Positions 1 through 8,515 of a DNA stretch of 64,000 bases are shown in pieces; position 1 is the stretch's first letter, and every line of letters starts with the position of its first letter. The translations under genes were made by a program, and so were the position numbers. Location: assembly GCA_019119935.1 (NCBI GenBank), contig DWWA01000018.1, positions 2,771 through 66,770 on the forward strand, read 5' to 3'. Source of the DNA: Candidatus Ruthenibacterium merdavium (GTDB lineage Bacteria; Bacillota; Clostridia; Oscillospirales; Ruminococcaceae). Below the pieces are notes generated by a model. The model was not told the origin of the DNA, searched no databases, and worked only from the letters and a program-made list of their open reading frames with translations.

Positions 1-610
1 GCATTGCCTGATGTTCGGCAGGCCGCTTTGCTTCCTCGCTTTTTTTGCGGCTCTCGTCATTTTCTTCGCCGAAATCATCCTCTTGAACAACTTGTTCAGG
101 TTCTTTTTCATTGCCGCCCTCAGGATGAAGCGCTTGCAGCGTTTCGTTCGCATGTTTTTCACTCTCTGCGTTTTGGCCGTCCGCCGTCGGATTTTTCTCC
201 TCTTTCATTGAAAAAAGCAGCTCCGACGGTTCCGGCTGCGCAGCTTGCCGTTCTTTGTCTTCTCCGCTTAGCACCTCACAAGTATCCTGCGCTTTTGCCT
301 GCGCTTCTTGCGCCCGCTCCTGATGCTGTACCGACTGCAAAGGCTCTTTCCGCTCTTCGGGCGGCTTTTCTTGCTGCGGTACTTGCTCATCCTGCGGCTC
401 TTCCTGCCAAACGGGAGATTCCTGCGACAGCCATTCTTGTGCGTGTGCAAAAGGTTCCTGCTGTGTTTGCTTTTGCGCCTTCTCGCCTTTTACCGTAGGC
501 CACACCATCGGCTTCGGCTCGGAAAGATTGGGCTGCTCACGCTCACACAGCGGACACTGACCGCTTGTTTCTTCCAAGGGAGCGCCGCAATACACACAAA
601 ATTTTGCCAT
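1..610 (-). CDS. Zinc-ribbon N-terminal protein with long Glu/Gln-rich low-complexity linker (partial, runs off the window start)
   Basis: Not in the ORF track because it has no stop in the window. Manual translation from ATG at 610, preceded by AAGGAG: MAKFCVYCGAPLEETSGQCPLCEREQPNLSEPKP..., open to base 1; CxxC...CxxC motif. Confidence 0.8.
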   Translation of the reverse strand, partial: MAKFCVYCGAPLEETSGQCPLCEREQPNLSEPKPMVWPTVKGEKAQKQTQQEPFAHAQEWLSQESPVWQEEPQDEQVPQQEKPPEERKEPLQSVQHQERAQEAQAKAQDTCEVLSGEDKERQAAQPEPSELLFSMKEEKNPTADGQNAESEKHANETLQALHPEGGNEKEPEQVVQEDDFGEENDESRKKSEEAKRPAEHQAM

Positions 611-624
611 CCGTCCCCACTCCT

Positions 625-1734
625 TTAAAAATACATATAAACCTGACAGGGAATCATGCCGTTATAAAGCTTTCTTCTTCTCTTTGCTTTCTTCCCGAAA
701 TTCGCTTCAAATTCCGCATCTGCCGTTACAATATAAGCGCCGCGCACCGGGAACTGTTCCAAGCGTTTTCCCAGCACTTTTTCCAGCTCGGCAGCCTGCG
801 CCAAGTCGCCCAAGCGCTCGCCGTAAGGCGGGTTTGTAAACACCATCGTACCCGGCTCCGGTGAAAAACGGCGCACGTCTGCCGTTTCAAAGCGGCACAG
901 GCGCGCAACACCTGCTTTCTTTGCATTAGCGTTTGCAATTTCAACGGCCTGCGGATCAATATCGTAACCGATGCCCTCAAACTCCGCCTCGCGGTTGATG
1001 GCTTCAATCGCGCGGGCACGCTGATTTTCCCAAGCCTTCTTCGGAATAAATTCATACTGCTCGGCGGCAAAGCGGCGGCGGAGGCCGGGCGCGACATTCG
1101 CCGCCTTGAGCGCCGCTTCAATCATCAGTGTACCGGAGCCGCAAAACGGATCACGCGCACGCGTGTCATGATAGATGCGCCCAAGGTCAATCATCGCAGC
1201 TGCCAGCGTTTCTTTAATCGGCGCCAGCGTGGAAGTTCTGCGGTATCCGCGTTTGTGCAGACCTGCACCGGAGGTGTCCAGAAAAATCTCAGCCGTGTCT
1301 TTGCGCAATGATACACGCACTTGATGCGCCGCCCCCGTTTCGGGAAGCGTCTGCACCCGGTGGCCTTTTTTCAGGCGCTCAACAATCGCTTTTTTCACAA
1401 TGCTTTGACATGCCGGTACGCTCGACAGCTGGCTGGAAAGGCTGCTGCCTTTCACGGGAAACGCGCCGTCGGCAGGAATCAGTTCCTCCCACGGAATCTC
1501 ATAAACTGCATCAAACAGTTCGTCAAATGTTACCGCTTTGGTGCTTTTGAGCAGCATCAAAATGCGCTCGGCACAGCGGCTTTCCAAATTGGCAGCGGCC
1601 AAAATTTCCTCGTCGCCGCGAAACGTGATGCGCCCGTCTGTCACGGCCACATCCTTCGCCCCAATGCGTTTAAAATCAAATGCAGCGGCACTTTCCACCC
1701 CGAAGTAGCACGGGGCCACAAATGTATATTCCAA
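625..1734 (-). CDS. rlmL: THUMP-domain class I SAM-dependent RNA methyltransferase (RlmL/YpsC family, probable 23S m2G2445)
   Basis: Motifs LHKRGYR, APIKETLAAAM, DPFCGSGT, NPPYGER; TTG start with AAGGAG at 1743-1748. Confidence 0.88.
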   Translation of the reverse strand: MEYTFVAPCYFGVESAAAFDFKRIGAKDVAVTDGRITFRGDEEILAAANLESRCAERILMLLKSTKAVTFDELFDAVYEIPWEELIPADGAFPVKGSSLSSQLSSVPACQSIVKKAIVERLKKGHRVQTLPETGAAHQVRVSLRKDTAEIFLDTSGAGLHKRGYRRTSTLAPIKETLAAAMIDLGRIYHDTRARDPFCGSGTLMIEAALKAANVAPGLRRRFAAEQYEFIPKKAWENQRARAIEAINREAEFEGIGYDIDPQAVEIANANAKKAGVARLCRFETADVRRFSPEPGTMVFTNPPYGERLGDLAQAAELEKVLGKRLEQFPVRGAYIVTADAEFEANFGKKAKRRRKLYNGMIPCQVYMYF

Positions 1735-1831
1735 AATATAAGCTCCTTTACGATTTCAATGCAGATGATAACAGCTCAAAACTTTTTATCTGTTCTGCCT
1801 TTCCGGCTTAACGTCCTGCTTTTTTCAAAAA

Positions 1832-2149
1832 GCGCACTTCCCGCATCGCGGTGGCCTGCCGACATTATACCATGATGCCGCGCAGCGGCCTCAACAAAAA
1901 CGCACCTGCTGCGTTTTTGCATGGATACGTTGGCGCAGGCCGGGCGGACTTTCCGCCCTGTGCGCTTTTGCGCACTTTCCGCATCGCGGTGGCCTGCCGA
2001 CATTATACCATGACGCCGCGCAGCGGCCTCAACAAAAACGCACCTGCTGCGTTTTTGCATGGATACGTTGGCGCAGGCCGGGCGGACTTTCCGCCCTGTG
2101 CGCTTTTGCGCACTTCCCGCATCGCGGTGGCCTGCCGACATTATACCAT
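1832..2149. repeat. 138-bp tandem repeat, 2.3 copies (42-bp A + 96-bp B arranged A-B-A-B-A)
   Basis: Units start at 1832, 1970 and 2108; only two variable positions (1840/1978/2116 C/T/C and 1876/2014 T/C). Confidence 0.97.
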
Positions 2150-2168
2150 ATTCCCCTCACTTTCGCAA
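2140..2168 (-). promoter_or_regulatory. Sigma-A promoter upstream of the repeat and rlmL
   Basis: Minus strand TTGCGA (2168-2163), 17-bp spacer, TG-G-TATAAT (2145-2140); the extended -10 recurs at 2002-2007 and 1864-1869. Confidence 0.75.
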
Positions 2169-2172
2169 AACA

Positions 2173-2208
2173 AAAAAAGAAGCGGAAGCACAAAGCTTCC
2201 GCTGTTTT
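2173..2208 (-). terminator. Intrinsic terminator after the ireB operon
   Basis: AGCGGAAGC-acaaa-GCTTCCGCT stem flanked by A and T tracts. Confidence 0.75.
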
Positions 2209-2220
2209 TGAAAAACTTCT

Positions 2221-2508
2221 TTATTTTTCAGACTCAACGCTTTTCAGCCAGATATCTGCAATTTCAAGCGCGCTCCAAAGGCCGTGCTTATCGCCTGTTT
2301 TCACCATGCGTTCTACCGGGCTTTTGGTCGTATCGGTCGAAAGCAATGTCACGCGAATACGGTCAGCCACAGAAACGCCGTCTTGTTCTTGCGTTGTCAA
2401 AACCTGCATAAAAACAACATACGGCTCTTTTAAATCACCGTAGTAAATATCATTTTTACAGCGAACCAACGGACGCCCTTTATACTTGAGCTTCGGGGTA
2501 AAAGGCAT
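2221..2508 (-). CDS. Hypothetical protein (95 aa) co-oriented behind ireB
   Basis: ORF with GAGAGGAAG RBS, 20 bp after the ireB stop, followed by a terminator; family not recognised. Confidence 0.8.
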   Translation of the reverse strand: MPFTPKLKYKGRPLVRCKNDIYYGDLKEPYVVFMQVLTTQEQDGVSVADRIRVTLLSTDTTKSPVERMVKTGDKHGLWSALEIADIWLKSVESEK

Positions 2509-2528
2509 AGAACATCTTCCTCTCTTTG

Positions 2529-2777
2529 TTATTGTTCACCGAGGTAATGCTTCAGCAGTACCTGAAGCAGGTCGTCACGGTCAATGCGGCGAATGTTGGC
2601 GCGCGCGCCCTGATAAGTGGTGATATACGTCGGGTCTTCCGACAAAATATATCCCACCAGCTGATTGATCGGATTATAACCCTTCTCTTTCAGCGCACGG
2701 TAAACGTCCGTCAAAATTGCTCTGATCTCGTGATCTTTATCCTCATAAATCGAAAATACCGCAGTGGGCTCACTCAC
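2529..2777 (-). CDS. ireB: IreB/ReoM family regulatory phosphoprotein (UPF0297)
   Basis: VYRALKEKGYNPINQLVGYILSEDPTYIT...AR..IRRIDRDDLL signature; start moved to GTG at 2777 after GGAGGG RBS. Confidence 0.9.
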   Translation of the reverse strand: MSEPTAVFSIYEDKDHEIRAILTDVYRALKEKGYNPINQLVGYILSEDPTYITTYQGARANIRRIDRDDLLQVLLKHYLGEQ

Positions 2778-3019
2778 ACGAATCCCTCCTGAAACATAAT
2801 TACGATAAAGTATTGCCGGGGAGCTTTCGGAAAAATCCAAGCGTTTCGTTTTTTCTTCCGAAAACGGCCTGCTGTATCGAAAAATACAACGGCAAATGTT
2901 ATGCCCCTTGCAGGCCGCTCACCTTCCGGAGAAAAACCGTGCATCCGGTTATCTTCTAAACGCTCCAAAAAGAAAAAATAAAACGCGGCAAACTTTTCCT
3001 TTTTGAATTCCCTTTTGCT

Positions 3020-3048
3020 ATTATACAACAAAACCGACACGCGCGCAA
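3020..3048 (-). promoter_or_regulatory. Sigma-A promoter for the ireB operon (about 235-nt leader)
   Basis: TTGCGC-17 bp-TATAAT on the minus strand. Confidence 0.65.
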
Positions 3049-3107
3049 GAATATTGGTGTCGAAAGGGTTACAGCGCATCCTCTTCGCAGACAGCTTTTC
3101 TACCGTT

Positions 3108-5171
3108 TCAATTCATCAAATAAACCGCAACGTTTTCATTTTCAAAATCGGGCGAAATAGCAGGCGCGGCCCCCGGATAAGCTTTTGCATAAATCAGGCA
3201 AGTGATGCCCTCCTGCGCACAAAGCTCCGAAATCTGCTCAAAAGACAGCGTGCCGGAAAAAAGCGCATTGTTCACTTGCTGTTTATGCTCCACCACCGTC
3301 TGCGAAACACCCATGTTGGAAACGGCGTATGTCCAGCCCTCCATATAACCCTGCCTTGCGGAAAGCGCCGAATATACATTAGAAATTCCGTCTGTCGTAT
3401 CGGGGGTACTGCTGGTGCGGTTTGTGGCAAACACAGTGGATTTATCGCTATTTGCTTTGAGCCAGTTCATCGCTTCTTCATCCTGTGCCGTTACCGCGCC
3501 CGCACCGACAGTGTCCGATACCACGCCCGCTGTTGCCAAAAGCTGGTGCGCACCTTTCACACTGTAAGTGCCTGCCATAAACAGTGCAGAGCAAAGCCCC
3601 ACCGCCGCGCACAGAATTGCAAAGCCGGAAAACAGCGTCTTTTTCCGCAGACGGTACAGCTCGTCCACCGCCAACAGGCTGGCAAAAATCATGGCGAGCA
3701 GAGCAAAATATACCTGGCTGGAGTTGGGATGCAGAAAAATATGATATGCCAAAAATCCGCCGAATGCCGCTGCATGCGCCAAAAGCCGGCCTGCGTCCAA
3801 GCGAGTGATGCTGGCCACAGCTTTCGGAATTGCCCGAAACCAAAGCGCCGTTTGAAACGGCAGCATCAAGAACACATTCAAAACCCCTGTCAAAGCCAGC
3901 CAAACGTAAGGGGAAACAGGCACATGCTCCAACAGCCACCCGCGCAGCGGCGTCAGCATTTGATGAGTCCAAGTGTACTGCATTGCGTAAGCCGAAAACG
4001 CCATACTGCTGTTTGCGCCCGAAGCGTAAAGCAACGGATAAACACCGACGAACACCGCCGAAACGCCGCACAAAAACAACCCGGCTTTAAAATAGCACGG
4101 TTTTTGAAACACCAAAATCAACACCATCGCCGCAATAAAGGCACACAAAAGAAGCGCCGCCTGCGGCCCTTTGGCATAAGTCATCATGAAAAAGGACGAA
4201 AGACCCGCTAAAAAAAAGCGCCAGTCAATCGCAAATTTGAGCCGTGCCGCAGTGATAAACACCACACAGAATACCGACAGATACACCACAGCCGTAGCCT
4301 GTGAATTGATGTTTGTCAAAAGGTGTTTGAGCAGTGTATTTCCGAAGATGCTCTCTCCTGTATCGGCCACTGCCCACAAAGAAGCGCATTGAAAGCCGAA
4401 CATCAGCACGGGAAAAGCCGCCGCCTTTTTTCGGTCATCAAAATAAAAACAGCGCCCGAGGCAATAAGCCGCCAGCAGTTCGGCGCTGAGAAAAACAGGG
4501 CCGGAGAAAAACACAAATACATCATAGGAAGATGCCCCGCTCACCAAGCAAAGCCCCGCTGCCAAAATTTCCGTTAAGTAATGGTAAGAAAACCGCACCT
4601 CAGAAAAGCGAATGTCCTGCGGCGGAAAAGCCATGGTAAAAGCATTTCCGTTGCCGATATTCCACAGTAAATCTCTGTTTAGGTCAATTGCTCCGGCAAC
4701 GAGAGGGTGCGCATTTTCCGCGCTGTGCGCCAGCGCAAACAACAGGCACAAAACTCCGACAGCAAAAATTCCGCATACCGCTGAAAAACGCTGTGAAGCA
4801 TTGAAGTTTGGAATCAGCCGCTTATTGTTGTTTCGGTAAGCGCGCACCAAAAAGAAGGCGGACAAAACCAGCGGCGCAGTGCGCAAAAGCCAAATCTGAC
4901 CAAGCCGCACGGAAAGACAAACCAGCGCCGCGAAAAAGCCTGTGCCGTAGAGCATTGCGAGCAAAGCGCGCATTCCGTGCCGAAACGGACCGAACAAATC
5001 AGCTAACAGCAGGCCCGGAAACACAAGGTAAAACGGAATACCTACAAAAAATGCCGCCATGGTAAAGACGTTTGCCCCGGACAGCAGGCAAATTGCCGCG
5101 TACCCGGCGAAACAAAGCAGAGAGAGAATCAACAAGCAATTCTGCCGTTTTTGTGCTTTTTGAAACAACAT
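3108..5171 (-). CDS. Large polytopic membrane protein, possibly a GT-C-fold glycosyltransferase or envelope-modifying enzyme
   Basis: About 687 aa with many hydrophobic segments; acidic/aromatic loop (DLNRDLLWN, RFSYHYL) and soluble C-terminal domain; start moved to ATG 5171 (AGGAAAAGGG RBS). GT-C call is inference. Confidence 0.6.
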   Translation of the reverse strand: MLFQKAQKRQNCLLILSLLCFAGYAAICLLSGANVFTMAAFFVGIPFYLVFPGLLLADLFGPFRHGMRALLAMLYGTGFFAALVCLSVRLGQIWLLRTAPLVLSAFFLVRAYRNNNKRLIPNFNASQRFSAVCGIFAVGVLCLLFALAHSAENAHPLVAGAIDLNRDLLWNIGNGNAFTMAFPPQDIRFSEVRFSYHYLTEILAAGLCLVSGASSYDVFVFFSGPVFLSAELLAAYCLGRCFYFDDRKKAAAFPVLMFGFQCASLWAVADTGESIFGNTLLKHLLTNINSQATAVVYLSVFCVVFITAARLKFAIDWRFFLAGLSSFFMMTYAKGPQAALLLCAFIAAMVLILVFQKPCYFKAGLFLCGVSAVFVGVYPLLYASGANSSMAFSAYAMQYTWTHQMLTPLRGWLLEHVPVSPYVWLALTGVLNVFLMLPFQTALWFRAIPKAVASITRLDAGRLLAHAAAFGGFLAYHIFLHPNSSQVYFALLAMIFASLLAVDELYRLRKKTLFSGFAILCAAVGLCSALFMAGTYSVKGAHQLLATAGVVSDTVGAGAVTAQDEEAMNWLKANSDKSTVFATNRTSSTPDTTDGISNVYSALSARQGYMEGWTYAVSNMGVSQTVVEHKQQVNNALFSGTLSFEQISELCAQEGITCLIYAKAYPGAAPAISPDFENENVAVYLMN

Positions 5172-5215
5172 GGTTCTTTGTCCCTTTTCCTTTCCGAAAT
5201 GATGCATTCCGCTTT

Positions 5216-5983
5216 TCACAGTTTTGCGGCAATGTCGAGAGCAAGCAGTAAGGCGGGCTTCCAAGACGACAATCCCCATTCGCGCTCGTCATACGATTCC
5301 ACCTGGGCAAGACTGTCGGCAGTAAACAAAAACTGCCCAAACTTTGCCCCGCGAAACTCTGCGCAGGCCGCCAAAGCGGCACACTCCATTTCCACAACCA
5401 TGCAGCCTTCCGCTCGCCTTGCGAGCACCTTTTGCTTCGTTTCTCGATAAAAGCCGTCCGTCGTCCATGTGATGCACTCCTGATACGGCAGGCTCTTTTC
5501 CCGAAAGCAGTTCTCTATCACACGCCTTGTTGCCCGGTCGGTTTCCACGAAACGAGCGGGCGGCAGGTAATGATAAGACGTCCCCTCATCGCGCAGCGCT
5601 TTCACGGGAACTAAAAAGTAATTTTCCGGCAGCGGTTCCAAAGCGCCGCAGGAGCCGCAGGAAAGAACGTGCTTGACACCGTATGCAATCATCCAATCCA
5701 TAATCTGAACCGCAGCCGGAGCGCCGACAGGCGCCTGACACAAGCAAAGTTCTTTTCCCTGCACTTTTAAACCGTAGACCGGATAAAGCTTCGTCGCAGA
5801 AACAAACTGTGCCAATATCGGCAAGTGATGTTCCTTTGCATATTCATCAATGAGATCTCCCAAAAAAGCAAATACGGCAACCGGCGGCAAAGCCACATCC
5901 AGCTTTTCATGACCGGGCATCACAACCGCAGATTGTTCCGCGTCATATTCGCATAAGGGAATATCTGTTCGTTCTTTCCTCAC
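5216..5983 (-). CDS. Nucleoside phosphorylase (PNP/UDP family 1)
   Basis: PVGAPAA, GSCGAL, ALRDEGTSYHY, WTTDGFYRET, VEMECAAL motifs. Confidence 0.88.
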   Translation of the reverse strand: MRKERTDIPLCEYDAEQSAVVMPGHEKLDVALPPVAVFAFLGDLIDEYAKEHHLPILAQFVSATKLYPVYGLKVQGKELCLCQAPVGAPAAVQIMDWMIAYGVKHVLSCGSCGALEPLPENYFLVPVKALRDEGTSYHYLPPARFVETDRATRRVIENCFREKSLPYQECITWTTDGFYRETKQKVLARRAEGCMVVEMECAALAACAEFRGAKFGQFLFTADSLAQVESYDEREWGLSSWKPALLLALDIAAKL

Positions 5984-6034
5984 AAAATCTCACTTCCTTT
6001 TCCTTGATCGTTTCAAACCTCTGGGTAAGACAAG

Positions 6035-6071
6035 AAAACCCAGCCTCGTTTTTGCCAACGAGGCCGGTTTT
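6035..6071 (-). terminator. Terminator after pheT
   Basis: AAAACC..GCCTCGTT / AACGAGGC..GGTTTT inverted repeat just downstream of pheT. Confidence 0.65.
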
Positions 6072-6099
6072 CATTTTTAGTCAAGCTGTCTTTTCTCAC

Positions 6100-8493
6100 T
6101 TAACTGCGCAGAACCACGTCAATTTCAGCAAGATTTTTCAGCACCTTACGCACGGCATTTTCCGCTTCTTCGTCGGTCAGCGTGCGGTCGGCGGCGCGCA
6201 AAACCAAATTGTACGCAAGGCTCTTTTTCCCCTGTTCGATATGCTCGCCCGTGTAAACATCAAACAGCGTCAGGCTTTCCAAAATCTTTCCGACGCCTGC
6301 TTCAATACGCGAGGCAATTTCAGCCGCGGGAACGTCCATTGCCGCCACCAGCGCCAAGTCGCGCGTGATAGCCGGGTGCTTGGGCAGCGGCTGGAATACC
6401 GCCGTACCGCCGCGGTGGGCAAACAGAACTTCCATGTCAATTTCCGCCGCTACAACACGAGGCTTTACATCGTAATTTTCAAGCACAACCGGGTGAATTT
6501 CTCCAATGACGCCCAGTTTCTCGTCCCCGGCATAAATATCGGCACAGCGCCCCGGATGGTATGCGCCGCCGTCGCTGTTGCGCTCAAAGCGCACTTCCTT
6601 CACGCCTGCACAAGACAGCCACTGCTCTAAAATTCCTTTGAGCGCTAAGTAATGATAACGCTCGCCATAAGCTGCAATCACCACTTGCTCGCGCTCGTCG
6701 GGCAGGACATCCGGCCCGCCCTGCGGCAGGTAAACAGTGGCATCTTCAAACACAGCACACTCAGCGGCACGCGCATGATAGTTGCGCGCGATATTCTCCA
6801 TCACGCTGGGGAGCGCCGTCGTGCGCATAATGGAGGTATCTTCGCCCAGCGGGTTAGAAATCACCACCGCTTCACGCAGACGGCTGTGCTCCGGCAGATG
6901 GATGGCGTCAAATGCCTTGCGGCTGTAAAAACTGAACGACTCAATTTCATATAAGCCGTAGCCGGTCAGCGCATCCAGCATCGTTTCACGGAAGGTCTGG
7001 CGCTCGGTGGGGCGGGCGCAGGCAACGCCTTTCAGAATGGTAGAGGGCATTTTGTTGTAGCCCACAAAACGCGCCACTTCCTCTGCGATGTCACAGTCGC
7101 GCTCCATATCCCAGCGGAACGAAGGCACAACCACATCCTGCCCGCGCATGGTAAAGCCCAGCGGCTTCAAAATATCTGCCATCGCCTCACCGTCCAGCTG
7201 CGTGCCGAGCAAACGGTTCACCGCTTCGGGACGCAAGGGGATCACTCGTTCGGGACGCTCTTTTGCGCAGACATCCACAATGCCGTTCACGACATCGCCC
7301 GCATCCAGCAGCTGCACCAGCTCCAGCGCACGCTGCAAGCAGCGCAGGCAGCCGTTGGGGTCAAGCCCTTTCTCATAACGGCCGGAAGCCTCTGTGCGCA
7401 TACCCAGCTTTTTCGCCGTTGTACGCACCGACGGGCCGTCAAACATCGCACTTTCAAACACGATGGTCGTTGTGCTGTCGTATACGCCGCTGTATTCGCC
7501 GCCCATAACACCGGCCACTGCAATGGGGCCTTTCTCGTCGGCAATCACGAGCATTTCCTCGCTGAGCGTGCGCTGTACGCCGTCCAGCGTTTCAATCTGC
7601 TCGCCGCTTTTTGCGTTGCGCACAATGATGTGTCCGCCGTTCACATAGCGGTAGTCAAAGCAGTGCATCGGCTGGCCGTACTCCAGCATGACATAGTTTG
7701 TGATATCCACAAGATTGTTGATGGGACGCACGCCGCATTGACGCAAACGCTCGCGCATCCAGCGCGGGGACGGCTTCACGCGCACATTTTCCACCACCGC
7801 GCCCGCATAGCGCAGACACAGGTCCGTGTTTTCAATCTCTACTTTCAGAAAATCATTCACATCGCCGTGGCCGGGTTTTACCTGCGGCTCGACGTCCTCA
7901 AACGGAACGCCGAAGGTTGCCGCCGTTTCACGCGCTAAGCCGCGCACGGAAAGGCAGTCGGGGCGGTTAGGCGTAATTTCAAACTCGACGGTTACATCGT
8001 CTAAGCCGAGCGCTTTCTCAATGGGCGTTCCGGTGGGGAACTTTCCTTCCGGCTCTGCGGGGTCCAGCACCATAATGCCGTCTTCAATCGCATTGGGGAA
8101 ATCGTGAACCGTCAGGCCCAGCTCTCCAAGGCTGCACAGCATTCCGCAGGATTCCACACCGCGCAGCTTGCCCTTACGGATTTCTTTTCCGCCGGGCAGC
8201 AGGCTTTTGTGCAAAGCGGCGGGCACTAAGTCGCCTTCTTTGAGGTTTCCTGCGCCGGTGACAATCTGCACCGGCTCCTGTGCGCCCACGTCCACCTGAC
8301 AAACCACCATGTGGTCGGAATCCGGGTGCGGCACGAGCGACAAAATTTTACCCACTACTACATTTTCAATCGAGTCGGCTTCGCTTTCATAGGTTTCCAC
8401 CTTGCTGCCGCTCATGGTCATGCGCTCCGCATATTCATGGGGAGTGCAGTCGATTTTGGCAAATTCCTTTGCCCAACCCAAAGGCATTTTCAT
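6100..8493 (-). CDS. pheT: Phenylalanine--tRNA ligase beta subunit
   Basis: 797 aa; tRNA-binding OB domain, ITPNRPDCLS, B3/4, B5 and C-terminal FDX-ACB domains; follows pheS. Confidence 0.97.
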   Translation of the reverse strand: MKMPLGWAKEFAKIDCTPHEYAERMTMSGSKVETYESEADSIENVVVGKILSLVPHPDSDHMVVCQVDVGAQEPVQIVTGAGNLKEGDLVPAALHKSLLPGGKEIRKGKLRGVESCGMLCSLGELGLTVHDFPNAIEDGIMVLDPAEPEGKFPTGTPIEKALGLDDVTVEFEITPNRPDCLSVRGLARETAATFGVPFEDVEPQVKPGHGDVNDFLKVEIENTDLCLRYAGAVVENVRVKPSPRWMRERLRQCGVRPINNLVDITNYVMLEYGQPMHCFDYRYVNGGHIIVRNAKSGEQIETLDGVQRTLSEEMLVIADEKGPIAVAGVMGGEYSGVYDSTTTIVFESAMFDGPSVRTTAKKLGMRTEASGRYEKGLDPNGCLRCLQRALELVQLLDAGDVVNGIVDVCAKERPERVIPLRPEAVNRLLGTQLDGEAMADILKPLGFTMRGQDVVVPSFRWDMERDCDIAEEVARFVGYNKMPSTILKGVACARPTERQTFRETMLDALTGYGLYEIESFSFYSRKAFDAIHLPEHSRLREAVVISNPLGEDTSIMRTTALPSVMENIARNYHARAAECAVFEDATVYLPQGGPDVLPDEREQVVIAAYGERYHYLALKGILEQWLSCAGVKEVRFERNSDGGAYHPGRCADIYAGDEKLGVIGEIHPVVLENYDVKPRVVAAEIDMEVLFAHRGGTAVFQPLPKHPAITRDLALVAAMDVPAAEIASRIEAGVGKILESLTLFDVYTGEHIEQGKKSLAYNLVLRAADRTLTDEEAENAVRKVLKNLAEIDVVLRS

Positions 8494-8515
8494 GACAAAT
8501 CTTCCTCCTCAATCC

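Noticed and set aside
1776-2141. 121-aa minus-strand ORF with a 46-aa repeat (and the 186-aa plus-strand ORF 1851-2411)
   Set aside because: By-product of the 138-bp (3n) repeat; no RBS, the ATG overlaps the -10 element, and the DNA is better explained by RNA hairpins
1832-2149. CRISPR array interpretation (three 42-bp repeats)
   Set aside because: The two spacers are nearly identical and 96 bp long, and there are no cas genes; it is a tandem duplication
1935-2149. RNase P RNA (GGAAAGTCCG motif upstream of ypsC/rlmL, the position rnpB occupies in Bacillus)
   Set aside because: The motif sits inside a local hairpin, and the other universal rnpB elements (AGUGCCACAGAAA, GGUAAACCCC, ACAGAACCCGGCUUA in order on one strand) were not found; cmscan with RF00010/RF00011 would settle it
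2820-2966. 6S RNA
   Set aside because: A rod-like fold is possible but short (about 130 nt), and I could not identify 6S consensus features; kept only as a generic structured leader
3003-4211. 402-aa plus-strand ORF
   Set aside because: Antisense shadow of the membrane-protein gene with no recognisable motifs
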